Positions 24,803 to 39,555 of a stretch of DNA of 64,000 nt are shown piece by piece. The position numbers and the translations under genes were made by a program. The DNA is taken from positions 12,524,001-12,588,000 of the forward strand of contig NC_135830.1 in the NCBI RefSeq assembly GCF_964213995.1, given 5' to 3'. Origin of the DNA: Mustelus asterias (Eukaryota). The first letter of the stretch is position 1; each line of letters starts with the position of its first letter. The notes beneath the pieces were generated by a model that saw only the letters and a program-made list of their open reading frames with translations, was not told the origin of the DNA and did not search any database.

Positions 24803-27124
24803 GTCAACATGAACATGAACATGGTCAAGTGCAGAACTAAGACCGCATCCAGTTTAGTACAGAGACAGGTCTACATTAATAAAAGCAGAGTCATTGTCGA
24901 TCTCAATATGAACAGAGACATGGTGACGTGTAATATTAACAGAGACAGCATCTAGTTTATTATAAACAGAAAGTACGTCTAGTGTAATGTGAACAGAGAC
25001 AAAATCTTCTTTAATATAAACCGAAACAGGGATTAGTTAATTTAACATCAGCAGAGACAGGTCACAGATGAGTGCAATATAGAGACAGGGCCTAGAGTCC
25101 CATCAAACATTCCAAGGTCAGGTGTAGCATGTGGTTAGGCTCCGAATGTAAAGCTCCCTCCACAGTGCAACATTAAACACTCCCAAGCAGGTGTAGCGCG
25201 GGATAGATAAAAAGTGAAACTCCATCCACACTATCTCAATCAAGCATTTCCAGCAAATGAAGACTGTTTAGAAACAGTAAAAACCTCTCTACACTGTCCA
25301 TTGAAACAATTGGACGCTGGGACAGAAAGGGTTAGATACAGGGAATGATCAGGAGAAAAGCTCCCTCTGTAGATTGAATTAAATCCATTTAGTTAGAGAC
25401 CTGAAAATAGGCCTGAGAGAATACATTAGCTGGAGTTTGACTTGAAGTTGTTGAGTAAAAACAATGACCCATCATGGAGAGACAAAACAAGACACAGAAT
25501 CAGAGAGGAGAAAGACAAAGAGAGATAAAGCACATTAAATCGCCGCAAATATATTTGCCGTGTCCTTATATTTTGTGATTAGAGGGAATCTTTCTTAATT
25601 TTGAACATAGATAATCATAGCTTGTTTTGCGTATATAACTGATGAAAAAATATGTCCAAAAACAATCACGACTGAAATCCAATGATTGATTTGCATGTTT
25701 GTCTCTATTTCTGTGCTGTGTTGATGGGGAAATATTTGTTGTGTTTTTGTCAATCAATAAATCTAATCTGGGATTCCTATTTCTGTGTTTATTAACATAA
25801 ACACCTCACTGGTTACAATGAGATGTTCATGGCAGCAAAACCAGATAAACCGTCATTTATTCATTAGTTTCAATTCAAAATAGCGGTTTCTTTAAAGTAT
25901 ATTGACAGCAGGTTCAAAATCAATAGAAGCTTCGTGAATACCCATTTGACCAGACGCTATTTAATTCAAATAAAAAAATACCCTCTAATCAAGAATTTGT
26001 TCTGAAAGTTCTGATGTCAGAATAAATAAAACATGTTTGAAAAGGCTGGTATTCCACTGAATGTCAATTTCATTGATGATTTAATCTACTAAAACTAGAC
26101 ATGTTAAAACATCAGGCAGAGGAGTGACGATAATCGCATTAATCGCAGATCTTTTAACATATCAATTCTTGCATTTTATAATAACATTTGGAAAGGCCTT
26201 GCATTTTTATAACGCTTTACCTGACCTTAGGTCGTCCCAAACCATTTAAAACTCACTGATATATTTTGCTGAAGTTATTCACTGCTGTAATATTGGACAG
26301 ACAGCAAGTATTTGGTGCACAGCAAGCTCCCACAAAGCGAGATGTGGTAAACGAACAGTCATTTTGTGATTTTAGTTGAGGAATGAGTGGCCAGGATACT
26401 GGGCAGGACAGTCCTGTTATATTGAATTTTATCAATGAGATTTTACGTTCTGTCATCGGCCTGAAATAAGAATCTGTTTCACCCACTGCTAATGCCCGCT
26501 GACCTGCCTTTTTTGTTGTTTTACTTTTAGATTTCCGGAATTCGCAGCAGTTTGCACTGTTCTATTCATTCTCTGGATATGGGCATCACTGACAAAGCCA
26601 GCATTTATTGCCCATCCTGAGAAGGCGGTTGCGAACTACCGTTTTGAAATTATTGCCCTCTGGTCGGTTTTATTTGTGTTTGACTTTCTGCAGCAGCTTT
26701 GAAACACCTGAATGGCTGTTTTGACAATTTCAGAGGCACGTAAGGGTCAGCTTCATCACTGTGGAACTGGAGTCACATGTAGGACAGACAGGCTAAACAT
26801 AGCTTTTTTTATTGATTCGTGGGCCTTGCACATTACTGGCTGGCCACCATTTGTTGCCCATCTCTAGTTGCCCGTGGAGGGCAGTTGAGAGTCAACCACA
26901 TTGCTGTGACTCTGGAGTCACATGGAGGTCAAACAAGGTAAGAACGGCAGATGTCGTTCCCTAAAGAGGCATGAATAAACTAGATGGGTTTTTACAACTA
27001 TCAACAATGGTCTCATAGTCATCAATAGATTCTTAATTCCAGATAGTTTTAATTGATTTCAAGTTCCACCATCTGCCGTGGCGGGATTTGAACTCAGGTC
27101 CTCAGAACATTGACTGAACATTAG

Positions 27125-30100
27125 GTACATAGAAATTAGGAGCCGGAGGAGGCCAGTCGAGCCTGATCCACCAGTCTTCATGATTATGGGTTATTTCCTA
27201 TCTCAAGGCCACATTATTGGATTCTGCCCACACCCCCTGATACCATTAAGATCTAATCACAGATCGATTTATTTCTTGAATCTATTCAGTGGCATGACAT
27301 CCAAAGCCTTCAGTGCTACAGGACTCCGTATGTTCACTAGCCTCTGAAGTGAATAAATATTTCCCCATTTCTGTCCTAAATTGGCTACCCTATGTCTTGA
27401 GACTGCATCCCTGGTTTGAGACTACCTAACCAGCGAAAACGTCCTTCCTTCATCTTGCCTGCCCAGCCCTGTTAGAATTCGTTTAATTATTCATAACTTC
27501 ATTTATTATTAATGCACAAGTAGACATACACTGCAATGAAGTTACTTTGAAAAGGCCCTATGGCCACACTCCAGCGCCTGTTCAGGTACGCTGAGGGAAA
27601 ATTTAGCATGGCCAATGCACCGAATCAGCACGTCTTTCGGACTGTGGGAGGAAAACGGAGCACCCGAAGGAAACCCACGCAGATAATGTGCAGTCTCTGC
27701 ACAGACAGTGACCCAAGGTGGGAATCGAACCCAGGTCCCTGGCATTGTAAAGCAGCCATGCCAGCCACTGTGCCACTGCATCGCCCTCATTTTTTATGCT
27801 TTGAATGTTGCAATCACAATTTTATGTATTTCAATCAGATCTCCTCTCATCCTTCTAAACTCGAGTGAATACATGAGGTGGAGATGCTCGCGTTGCACTT
27901 GGGTGTGCACAGTAAGAAGTCTCGCAACGCCAGGTTAAAGTCCAACAGGTTCATTTGGAATCACGAGCTTTCCAAGCGCTGCTCGTTCATCACGTCAGTC
28001 AAGTGAATACAGGTCCGGTCGATGCAAGTTCGCCTTATAGGACAGTCCCACCAATGCGTGTATCAGCTGCACTCGCCAGAGACCCTTTCTTAGGTCGGGA
28101 GATCAAATCTACACGCATTACTCCAGATGTGGTCTTCTGAAGACCAGGCATTACTTCAGTAAGACTTCACTAATTCCGAACTCAAATCTTCTTGCAACGA
28201 AGGCCTTCCAAATTGCTTGCTGTACATACCTCTCCGATTTCATTGGTTGGTGTACAAGGATACCCAGATCCATTTGTACATCACACTTCCAAATATATAT
28301 TGTTTTGTTCTTTGCACACGCATATAACTGTACATTTAGCCACGTTGTATTGCATCTGCCACATGTTCACCCATTCACACAACTTGTCCAGATCACATTG
28401 AACACCCTTGCATCCTCCTCACAGCTCACAAGTCACTGCATCCTCCTCATTGCTCACAGTTATATATCGCCAGCCGCTTAGGACATGTTACATTTGATTT
28501 CCTTATCCAGATCCCACGGTGGCACGGGGTCGGGGACCGGGTTCGCTTCCCGGCTTGGGTCATTTTCTGTACGGAGTCTGCACGTTCTCCCCGTGCTTAC
28601 ATGGACTTCTTCTGGGTGCCCCGGTTTCCTCCAACAATCCGAAGGACGTGCAGCTCAGGGACATTGGCCATGCTGAACTTTCCCTCAGTGTACCCGAACA
28701 GGCGCTGGAGTGTGGTGACTCGAGGTTTTTCACAGTAACTTCATTGCAGTGTTACCGTAAGCCGACATGTGACTAATAAATAAATAATATAAGTTGGGAT
28801 CATGAAGTACCCCACCAGTCGCTGACTGCCACTCGGAAAAAGACCCATGTATTTCCATTCTCTGTTTCTTGTCTGTCAACGAATTCTACACAAATGTCAA
28901 TACATTATTCCCTATCCCACGTGCTTTAATTTGACCTACTAATATTTTACGAGGAACCGTCTCAAATGTCTTCTGAAAGTGCAAATGCACCACGTACATG
29001 CACGCTGACATAGGTAGGAAGACGGAAGGTGTAATGAAAAGAGAATATAGGGAGTTAGGTAGACAGTTGGGAAGGAGGAACGCAAAGGTAGTAATCTCAG
29101 GATTGTTGCCTGTGCCACGGGAAAGTGAGAGCAGGAATGGAGTGAGGTGGAGGATGAATGCGTGGCTGAGGGACTGGAGCGGGGGGCAGGGATTCAGTTT
29201 CCTGGATTATTGGGACCTCTTTAGGGGAAGGTGTGACCTGTACAAAAAAGACGGGTGGCACTTGAATCCCAGGGGGACAAATATCCTGGCAGGAAGGTTG
29301 GCTAAGGCTACTGGGGAGGCTTTAAACTAGAAAGGTTGGGGGGAGGGAATCGTGGTGAGGTGACTGAGAGCGAGGAGGCTAGCTCGCAAATAGAGAAGGA
29401 TTGTACACAGTGTAAGAGGGAGAATAGACGGGTGATGGGGAAGGGGAGAGCTCAAACCAAAGGTTTGAGATATGTCTATTTTAATGCCAGGAGTGTAGTG
29501 AATAAAGTGGATGAGCTTAGAGTGTGGATCGATGCTTGGAAGTGTGATGTGGTGGCCATTACGGAGACTTGGGGACAGGGACAGGACTGGATACTTCAGG
29601 TGCCGGGTTTCAGATGTTTCAGAAAGGACAGACAGGGAGGCAAAAGAGGGGGGTGGGGAGTGGCACTGCTGATCAGGAATAGTGTCAGAGCTGCAGAGAA
29701 TGTGGAAGCCGTGGAGGGATTGTCTACGGAGTCTCTGTGGGTGGAAGTTCGGAGCGGGAAGGGGTCGATAACTTTGCTGGGTGTTTTGTACAGGCCGCCC
29801 AATAGTAACAGGGATGTTGAGGAGCAGATAGGAAACAGATCCTGGAGAGATGTAGGAATAACAGGGTTGTCGTGTTGGGAGACTTTAATTTCCCAAACAT
29901 CGATTGGAATATCCATAGAGTAAGGGGTTTGGATGGGGAGGGGGTTGTTAGGTGTGTTCAGGAGGGTTGCCTGACACAGCATGTGGATAAGCCTACAAGA
30001 GGAGAGGCTGTACTCGACCTGGTACTGGCTAATGAGCCAGTACCAGATGTCGGATCTCTCAGTGGGAGAGCATCTTGGGGATAGTGATCATTACTCTATC

Positions 30101-33100
30101 TCCTTTACGCAAGCATTGGAAAGAGATAGGATCAGGCAAGCTAGGAAAGTGTTTATCTGGAGTAAGGGGAAATATGAAGCCATCAGGCAGGAGATTAGAT
30201 GTGTAAATTGGAAGGAGGCATTCTCGAGGAAAAGTACTGAAGTAAGGTGGCAGATTTTCAAGGAATGTTTGCCTCGAGTTCTGCATGACAACGTTCCGAT
30301 GAGAGAGGGAGGTGTTGGTAGGTTACGGGAACCATGGTGCACGAAAGGTGCGCTGAACCTAGTGAGAAAGAAAAGGAAAGCGTACAAAAGCTTCAGAGCG
30401 CTAGGCGATGATAGGGATCTAGATGAGTAGACGGCTTGTCGGAACGAAAGAAATTAGGAGAGCCAGAAGGGGTCACGAGAAGGCCTTGGCAGGTAAGATT
30501 AAGGAGAACCCGAAGGCGTTCTATAAATATGTGAAGAGTAAAAGGATGAGATGTGATGGAATAGGAATTATAAAAGGTGTAGGTGAGATAGTCTGTACAG
30601 AACCGGAAGAAATAGCAGAGGTGCTTAATGAATATTTTACCTCGGTATTCACGGTGGAAAAAGACCTGGGTGGTTGTACTACAGGACTGAGGTGGGCTGA
30701 AAAGATTGAGTATGTGGACATTAAGAAAGAGGATGTGTTGGAAATTTTGAATAGCATCAAGATAGATAAGTCGCCGGGACCGGATGGGATGTACCCCAGG
30801 TTACTGTGGGAGGTGAGGGAAGAGATTACAGAGCCTCTGGTGATGATCTTTGCGTCGTCGATGGAGACGGGAGAGGTTCTGGAGGATTGGAGGATTGCGG
30901 ATGTGTTTCCTATATTCAAGGAAGGGAATAGGGATCGCCCAGGAAATTACCGACCGGTGCGTCGAACCTCAGTGGTTGGTAAGTTGATGGAGAAGATCCT
31001 GGGGGACAGGATTTATGAACATTTAGAGGAGTTTCGTATGCTCAAACGTAGTCAGCACGGCCTTGTCAAAGGCAAATCGTGCCTTACGAGACTGGTGGAG
31101 TTCTTTGAAAATGTGACTAAACACATTGATGAAGGAAAAGCGGTAGATGTGGTTTATATGGACTTCAGCAAGGCGTTCGATAAGGTACCCCATGCAAGAC
31201 TTCTCAAGAAAATGAGAGGGCATGGGATGCAAGGGGCTGTTGCCTTGTGGATTCAGAAGTGGCTTGCCTGCAGAAGGCAGAGAGTGGTTGTAGACGGGTA
31301 ATTTTCTGAACGGAGGTCGGTCACCAGTGGAGTGCCCCAGGGATCTGTTCTGGGACCCTTGCTGTCTGTCATTTTCATAAATGACCTGGATGAGGAAGTG
31401 GAGGGAAGGGTTGGTAAGTTTGCCGACGACACGAAGGTTGGTGGTGTTGTGGATAGGTTGGACGCATGTCAGAAGCTGTAGTGTGACATTGATAGGATGC
31501 AAGACTGGGGAGAGAAGTGGCAGATGGACTTCAAACAGGATAAATGTGTAGTGGTCCATTTTGGCATGTCGAATGGGATGAAGGAGTATAATATCAAGTG
31601 TACGACTCTTAGCAGTGTAGAGGATCAGAAGGACCTTGGGGCCCAGGTCCATAGGACTCTTAAATCGGCCTCGCAGGTAGAGGGTGTGGTTAAGAAGGCG
31701 TATGGTGTGCTGACCTTCATCAATCGAGGGATTGAGTTTAGAAGTCAGGAGATAATAATGCAGCTTTATAAGACCCTCGTCAGACCCCACTTGGAGTACT
31801 GTGCTCAGTTCTAGTCGCCTCATTACAGGAGTGATGTGGAAATGATTGAAAAGGTGCAGAGAAGATTTACAAGGCTGTTGCCTGGATTGGTTGGCATGCC
31901 TTATGAGGATAGGCTGAGGGAGCTCGGTCTTTTCTCCTTGGAGAGATGAAGGCTGAGAGGTGACCTGAAAGAGGTGTACAAGATGTTGAGAGGTATAGAT
32001 CGGGTGGATTCTCGGAGGCTTTTTTCCAGGGCTGAAATGGCTGCTACGAGAGGACACGTGTTTAAGGTGCTGGGGAGTAGGTACAGAGGAGATGTCAGGG
32101 GTAGGTTTTTCACTCAGAGGGTGGTTGGCGAATGGAATCGGCTGCCATCAGTGGTGGTGGAGGCAAACTCGATAGGGTCTTTTAAGAGACTTCTGGATGA
32201 GTACATGGGACTTAACAGGATTGAGGGTTATAGATAAGCCTATATATAAGCCTAGGTAGGTAGCGGCATGACCGGCGCAACTTGTGGGCCGAAGGGCCTG
32301 TTTGTACTGTATTTATTTCTATGTTTCTATGTTCTATGTACCCTGGTTCCCTCCCCCCTCCCTCCATCCCCCCCCCCGCCCCCCCCCCCCCCTCACTATT
32401 CTATTACTTACAGCCTCAGAAAACGCAAGTAGGTTTGTTAAGAATGACATATCTTCCTTAAGCCCATGCTGGCTTCATCAAATTCCGTTAATGCTTTCCA
32501 AATATTTTGCTATCATGTCTTTGATAACAGTCTCTAACATCTTCGCTTATGCTAAAGTCAGGCTGTAATTCAACATTTTTACTCTCCCTTCCTTTGTACA
32601 TATTGGGATTTCATTTGTCACCCTCCAATCTATAGGAACTGATCCAGAGTGTATAGAATTTTAGAGGATGACACCAATGCACCCAATATTTTCAGGGCCA
32701 TTTTCATTCATACTCTGGGATGTAGATTCTCAGGCCTTAGTGATTTATCAGCATTTCACCCCATTAATTTCCCCAGCATGATTTTGCTACTAACACTGGT
32801 GTTCTTCAATGCCAACTAGCTCTTGGTTCCCTAACATTTCTGGGAGGATATTTGTGTCCCCTTTTGTGAAGATGGAGTCAAACTTTGTGTTCTATTCATC
32901 CAACATTTCTTTGTTCCCCATTATAATTTCCCTGGATTGTGACTGGAAGCTACCTAATTTGTCTTAAATAATCTTTGTCTCTTCAGATATTCAGAGAAGC
33001 TTGTACAATTGGTTTCTCTGCTTCCTGCCATTATACTTTCATTCTCTCTTTCCCCCCTCGCACATTGTGTCTTCTTTTGTTGAATTTTAAAACATTCCAA

Positions 33101-33140
33101 ACCCTCAGGCTTGTTGCTTCTTCTGGCAATTTTATATGTC
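27125..33140 (-). mobile_element. Old, highly decayed CR1 hosting nested SINEs, a Penelope fragment and a younger CR1
   Basis: CR1-like antisense sequence resumes on both sides of each nested insert, e.g. ...ttctgaaagtgcaaatgcaccacgtac|...|cctggttccc. Confidence 0.6.
28997..32338 (+). mobile_element. CR1 LINE with ORF1 esterase C-terminus, APE endonuclease and RT (disrupted)
   Basis: 28998-29330 is SGNH-esterase-like (VVISGLLP...DGWHLN). Then YFNARS..VAITETW..YRPP..GDFN (APE), MDFSKAFDKVPH and KFADDTK, ending in a (TTCTATGT)n tail. Confidence 0.95.
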
Positions 33141-33301
33141 TTACAAGTAAGAAGTAAAATTTCCTCTCCTAAAATACATCAGAGAAGAAGATGAACTTTG
33201 CCGAAATATGATTGTTATTAATTAGACAACGATGTTTGATTCAGCTTAATCAATTAATTGAATTGAAATTCCCCAGTTGCTGGGGTGGAATTTGAACCCT
33301 T

Positions 33302-34532
33302 GCGGTTGATGGAGGAGAACCGGTGGATGCGGTGTTTTTGGATTTCCAAAAGGCGTTTGATAAGGTGCCCCATAAAAGGCTGCTGAAGAAGATTAGGGCA
33401 CACGGAGTTGGGGGTAGTGTGTTAAAGTGGATTGGGGACTGGCTATCCGACAGGAAGCAAAGAGTCGGAATAAATGGGTGTTTTTCCGGTTGGAGGAAGG
33501 TAACTAGTGGCGAGCCGCAGGGATCGGTACTTGGGCCGCAACTGTTTACCATTTATATAGATGATCTGGAGGAGGGGACGGAGTGTAGGGTAACGAAGTT
33601 TGCAGACGACACAAAGATAAGTGGAAAAGTGAATCGTGTGGAGGACGGAGAAGATCTGCAGAGAGATTTGGACAGGCTGAGTGAGTGGGCGAGGATATGG
33701 CAAATGGAGTATAACGTTGATAAATGCGAGGTTATACACTTTGGAGGAAATAATAACAAATGGGATTACTATCTCAATGGAAACAAATTAAAACATGCTA
33801 CCGTGCAAAGGGACGTGGGGGTCCTTGTGCATGAGACGCAAAAGCCCAGTCTGCAGGTACAACAGGTGATCAAGAAGGCAAATGGGATGTTGGCCTATAT
33901 TGCGAGGGGGATAGAATATAAAAGCAGGGATGTCTTGATGCACCTGTACAGGGCATTGGTGAGGCCGCAGCTGGAATACTGTGTGCAGTATTGGTCCCCT
34001 TATATGAGGAAGGATATATTGGCATTGGAGGGAGTGCAGAGAAGGTTCACCAGGTTGATACCGGAGATGAGGGGTTTGGATTATGAGGAGAGGCTGAGGA
34101 GATTGGGTTTGTACCCGTTGGAGTTTAGAAGGATGAGGGGGGATCTTATGGAGACTTATAAGATAATGCGGGGGCTGGACAGGGTGGAGGCGGAGAGATT
34201 CTTTCCACTTAGCAAGGAAGTTAAAACTAGAGGACACAGCCTCAAAATAAAGGGGGGGGGGGTCGGTTTAAGACAGAGTTGAGGAGGAACTTCTTCTCCC
34301 AGAGGGTGGTGAATCTCTGGAATTCTCTGCCCACTGAGGTGGTGGAGGCTACCTCGCTGAATATGTTTAAAGCGCGGATGGATGGATTCCTGATCGGTAA
34401 GGGAATTAAGGGTTATGGGGATCAGGCGGGTAAGTGGTACTGATCCACGTCAGATCAGCCATGATCTTATTGAATGGCGGGGCAGGCTCGAGGGGCTAGA
34501 TGGCCTACTCCTGCTCCTATTTCTTATGTTCT
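33302..34532 (+). mobile_element. CR1 LINE 3' part
   Basis: ORF 33323-34282 contains FLDFQKAFDKVPH...KFADDTK; TTCTTATG tail. Confidence 0.95.
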
Positions 34533-37500
34533 TGCCCGCAGAGCATTACTTCAAGCTTCTGGAATACAAGCTTAATAATAATATTGTATGCTACACCTTG
34601 GACTGAAATATCATCACATCCAATAATGGAACAACTGAACATTCAGCACTTTGTCACAGGTTGTATCATGAGCTCAGGTATCTGTTGTGGGAATTGAGCA
34701 CATTAGCATTTGACTCAAAAATGATGTTGATTCCACTGGGATAAGACTGTTAACCGATCACAGTTCTGTGTTTTGACATAACATTGAGCTCAGTGTGTCT
34801 AAACTCTGAGATCTGTGTCCAATATTTCACTGATGCATTTAATTGTCAGAAGCAAGTCTTTTCTTAGCCTTGAATCTTATTCTGACACGATGCCATTGAT
34901 TAATGAGAATCCATGTGAAAGTTCCATCAATTCCTAACATGACATCGGGAAACATGCGAGGCAGAAGGTGGTGTGGAGCTTGACGTTCATCATGCATGAG
35001 CTACACTATCAGAACAGCTGAACGCGGAGTTTCTTTCCTTTAGAACAGTGCAGTTTATGGGAGATTTAGTACAGAAGTTCAAAGTTATGAATGAGCATGT
35101 TTTGCTCATTAGGAAGAAAACGCTATCCATTGGCAATAGGGCCAGTATGTAGAAGACCCTGCTTTATTAGTTATTAATTAACTGAATCAATCCTCTGATT
35201 ACATTACACTGGTCCATACTTCTATTTATGTTGTACCAGACCCAGTCTTTAATGATATGGTAGTGGACCCTGTCTCTCTTTATACTACATTCGGTCGTTT
35301 TTCTCGTTATGCTACACTCAGCCATTTCTCTATTTATGCTACATCAGGTCCTTTCAATTAGTCCTACAGTGGACCACAGATCTGATTATATTACGTCGGA
35401 TCCCACCTCTTTTTATATTACACAGGATTTGTCTCTTTACATTACATCAGAGCCTGTCTCTGTTAATCCAACATGCGACCATGAATATGTTGCCTGTCGA
35501 GATATTATCAATCATGATATATGTGGGTGTGCCTGTCCGATACCAATCATTCTTGTTTGAAACAGTCGGTTTATTTTTTGCTAATATTTATAAGTAGCTG
35601 TGAGAAACGTCTAATCACTCTGCTATTGTGTGGGTAATATTTAGCGTGAACGTTATAACATTTTCTCAGTGATAAACTGGCATTGAGGGACAGGTCAATA
35701 TGAACAATAGTGCAGTGCTCTTTGCAATATATTTAGGAATCTCTGTTATGATGCCTTTTATTCGTTGTAGATTGTGCTGCACTATGTCAATTTGCTGCAG
35801 ATTTTAGCGATAAAGATTGTTTCGCCTGTCGTATTTTATTAATAGCATTCAACTGATACACTGGCGGTATGAGACAGAATTTTGTACTCGCAATATCGCC
35901 AGATGGGCTCCCACAGGCCAATTTTCTAACCAATGGTTCATTGTTCATCTGTTTCAGAAAGAAATAAAACGAAATGGCCACAGAACAAGTTATGTTTGAA
36001 TAGAATTTAAATATATATATTTTCTGCAATTTCCATTCTTATCTTCAAAATTATTTTTCAGTTTGGGATGTGTTAATCTGCCCAGGCCCGAAGCTCTGTT
36101 ATTCCCTCCCTAAATCTCCTTATCTCACTTTCCTCGTCTAAATCAAGGCATAAAACTGTCCCTGTATTGATCGTCCTTTTAGTAATCTGTTCAAATATCT
36201 CCTTGCTCAAAAACAAGATACTGCGGATGCATGGGATCTGAAAAATGAACTGCCAGAAACACTCAGCAGATCATTCATCATAAATGGAGTGATATTAGTG
36301 CACTTGTCCATCTGTCTCTCTCTCTCTCCTCCCTCAGTCAACACTGCAGTTCATCCTCCAGGATTCATAGCATTTTATTACTGAATTAGGTTATGATTCC
36401 GAGGAACATATTAATGGCCATTTTTGTTCTATTGCTTACTATGGTACGACGATGTATCTGCTTAAATTTCACTATATATTGAGTTTAGTTTTATTACACT
36501 GCCCCTCCTTCTGTTATTACTGCATTTAACCATGTAATTTTTTTTATTGCACAGGAGTTGTCTCAGTCATGTCTGTACGCCACCATATCTCGTTTTATCT
36601 TTCTTTCTGCACTATATAACGCAACCTGAAGTTTAATTTATTAACGGACTGGGCCTTGATCTATGAGGGCTACAATTAACCCTGTCTCAGTTAGTACTGT
36701 ACTTGACGATGTTCGCTGCAATAACCCATTTGGTGCAGTCGTATACAGTAATGCACTAGGCCATGCCTCTTTATATACTGCATTTGATTCATTTGAATCA
36801 TTATTGCAATAGACCTTGTATCTGTTTACATTACATTACGTACCGCTTCCTTTATATTACATGAAGACATGCCGTGATATATGCTACAATTAATCATTTC
36901 TGAGCTGTTGTTGCTCAGTCAATAGTCCACATATGTTACATTAGGTTCCATCTCAGATATTATTTTTGGTAGGTTGTATGTCATGCACTACTGAGCACAC
37001 CCGTACCTCACGTTGCATTACATTGGGTCCGAATAAAAATGCAGGCACTGCCTCAGTTACTAATTTTCTATAAAATGCGTCTGATGGATGGAAAAAGAGG
37101 AAGACCAAGCTAGCTGGATGGCGCAGTGGTTAGCAGCGGTTAGCACTGCTGCCTCACAGTGCTGGGGACTCGAGTTCGATTCCTGGCTTGGTCACTATAT
37201 GTGTGGAGTTTGTACGTTCTCCCTCTGTCTGTGTCGGTTTCCTTCCACATTCCAAAGCTGTGCTAGTTAGGTGCATTGGGAATGTCAAATTCTCCCTCAG
37301 TGTACCCGAACAGCTGCCAGAGTGTGGCGACTGGGGGATTCTCAGAGCCGCTTCATTGCAGTGCTAATGCAAGCCGACATGTGACTAATAAATTAACTTT
37401 AAATAAATAGATACTAACTTAAGAAATGAAACGTATTCGTGTGGATGAAAGCGGTTGGAAGTATGCATTTCATCTTGTTAATAAATATTCGGTGTTGCAC

Positions 37501-39368
37501 ATCATATCTAGTTGCTCACGTATTGTGTGCAATAATTTGTTGAAAGCATGGGATGAATCTTGTAACATCCTCTTGTTCAAAAGAAATTGAGGAATACAGT
37601 AAACGTATGCCACGTTGGACTGCAAATGGATTCTCAGGGACAATTCAGCATGACCACTCCTCCTAACCTGCACATCTTTGGACTGCAGGAGGAAAGCGGT
37701 AAACCTGGCGGAAACCCACGCACACAATTTGCAAAAACCAGACAGACAGTTACACAAGCCCGAAGTGGACCCTATGCCCATAACAATGTGATGTACCAGT
37801 CATAAATCCTATGTAAATAATTGCAATTAGTTTTAAGAATTTTATGGTAATTTGTTCAGTATTTACTTGCACATTCTTTGCCTCAGTCAATTCCTAAAGT
37901 TAATGAACTGCTCTGGACGCTCTTGAATGTGATATACAGCTGGCCATTCCACTGCCAAGGCATTGCATCTTTCAAATGACTCACTGAACTTCTCTCCTCT
38001 CTTTCTCTGTCTCAGACAAGACCTAAATCGGAAAACCTCTCTTCTCTCTCTCAATCTCCTTTAGCTCACTTACACAGGTACCCATGAGCCGGATCTGGCT
38101 ACTCGTTCAAAAATGTTTAACTTTCATGCTTAAGGCAACTTGTGACTGAAAAGATGAAACAGAACAATCTCAACAGAGGAAAATTCAGTGCCGGAAACAG
38201 ACCAGTTCACTCTTTTATACGCTCTCCTCGATTTCACTCACACAACACCTAACACACTTAAACTTTCTATTTTAGAACACCTGTGCGGGGAAAAATGTTG
38301 CTTTAATTTTCCATCTTTTCTCTCAGCGATAATTTTCAATCCATCTTCCTTTCAATTAACCTACCTAAACCCCAAATATGATCATTTTCTTGATTCATTA
38401 ACATGGCAATCGAAGTGAATGTAATGCTGCGACCGGCAGCAATTCTGTGACTGTTCTTGAAGCTTTCAGAGTGAGTTCACCCTCGCAGGCAGGAAGACTG
38501 TTCACGGTGATAACATTAAACTGGCCCCGTTTGTTTCATTCTCAGGTAATATAACTTCCTGATTCTTGTTGCCAGTTCCAAACCACACATCTCACTTCTG
38601 AGCAGAAAATAAATCCAGGGGCCACAATCTGACGAGAACATCTGTCAGTGCGGCCTATATCTGTCCACAGAGCCAGGGCAGAGACACACAGATCACATTG
38701 TGGTGACATTTACAAATGAGTCTGTTGTGATCTGTTCAGAGTTTCCATTCCAGGACATAACTGGATGGTCAGTGGATCAGTCACTGAGCTCTCCCAGGTT
38801 TCGTGAAGAAAGGAAATGATAGCTGTTATCTTGCATTGTTCGATCATTTTCTCTCCATCTGCTATTTATTTTTTGTTCTTCAGCTTTTATCTGTCAGCAC
38901 CCCGTTTTTCTTTCTCCTAACTCTCCCGGTGTCTCTCTCTCTCTATCTCCTTGCCAGTGTTTTGAACACTTTTATTCGTGTTCAAAATCATGACGTTTTG
39001 AGTGGGGTAATTAAAGAGAGGATATTTCAACTGGGAGGACGGTCAGCAACCAGTGGGCACAGATTTATTTTATTGAGCAGAGAGACAGAAATGTGATTGT
39101 TTACTTTTACACAAAAGTTGTTGTGGACTGGAATGAACAGCTTCAGAGGGTGATCGAATCAGATTTCACAGTAACTTTGAAAATAAATGAGATATATCCT
39201 TCATGGAGTAAAATGTGAAGGATTTTCGACAATAGGTCCATTTTAATGGTTCTTATGCATCATTGTCCTAGCGTCGTTTTTGAGTCTCCCCCTGTCCTTC
39301 ATTGAGACTGAATAAGATGCAATATTTATACAGCTGTCGCCTTGTGCTAATCTTATCTTTTGGCAGCG

Positions 39369-39450
39369 CGTGTGTGTGTGTGTGTGTGTGTATGTGCGTG
39401 CGTGCGTGTGTGTGTGTGTGTGTGTGTGCGCGGTGGGGGGGGGGGGGGCG
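39369..39450 (+). repeat. (TG)n/(TGCG)n microsatellite plus G-run; (CA)n also at 19133-19175
   Basis: Directly visible simple repeats. Confidence 0.95.
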
Positions 39451-39555
39451 GGATGGGAGGGTTGGTGGTGGACATTTGCCAGGAACGATTCCGAAATTCA
39501 ATCATTCAATTCTATTTACAGGCCATCACTTTGAACAAATTAGCATTTGATCGAA

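Larger units (their letters stand above)
16500..26800 (+). repeat. Segmental duplication, copy B
   Basis: See copy A; the two copies differ by copy-specific TE insertions. Confidence 0.9.

Noticed and set aside
31023-32057. 344-aa minus-strand ORF and similar antisense ORFs
   Set aside because: Antisense shadows of CR1 ORF2 with no independent protein features.
38694-38720. RSS-like CACATTG...ACAAATGAG
   Set aside because: The spacer is 11 nt and both motifs are poor; not supportable as an RSS.
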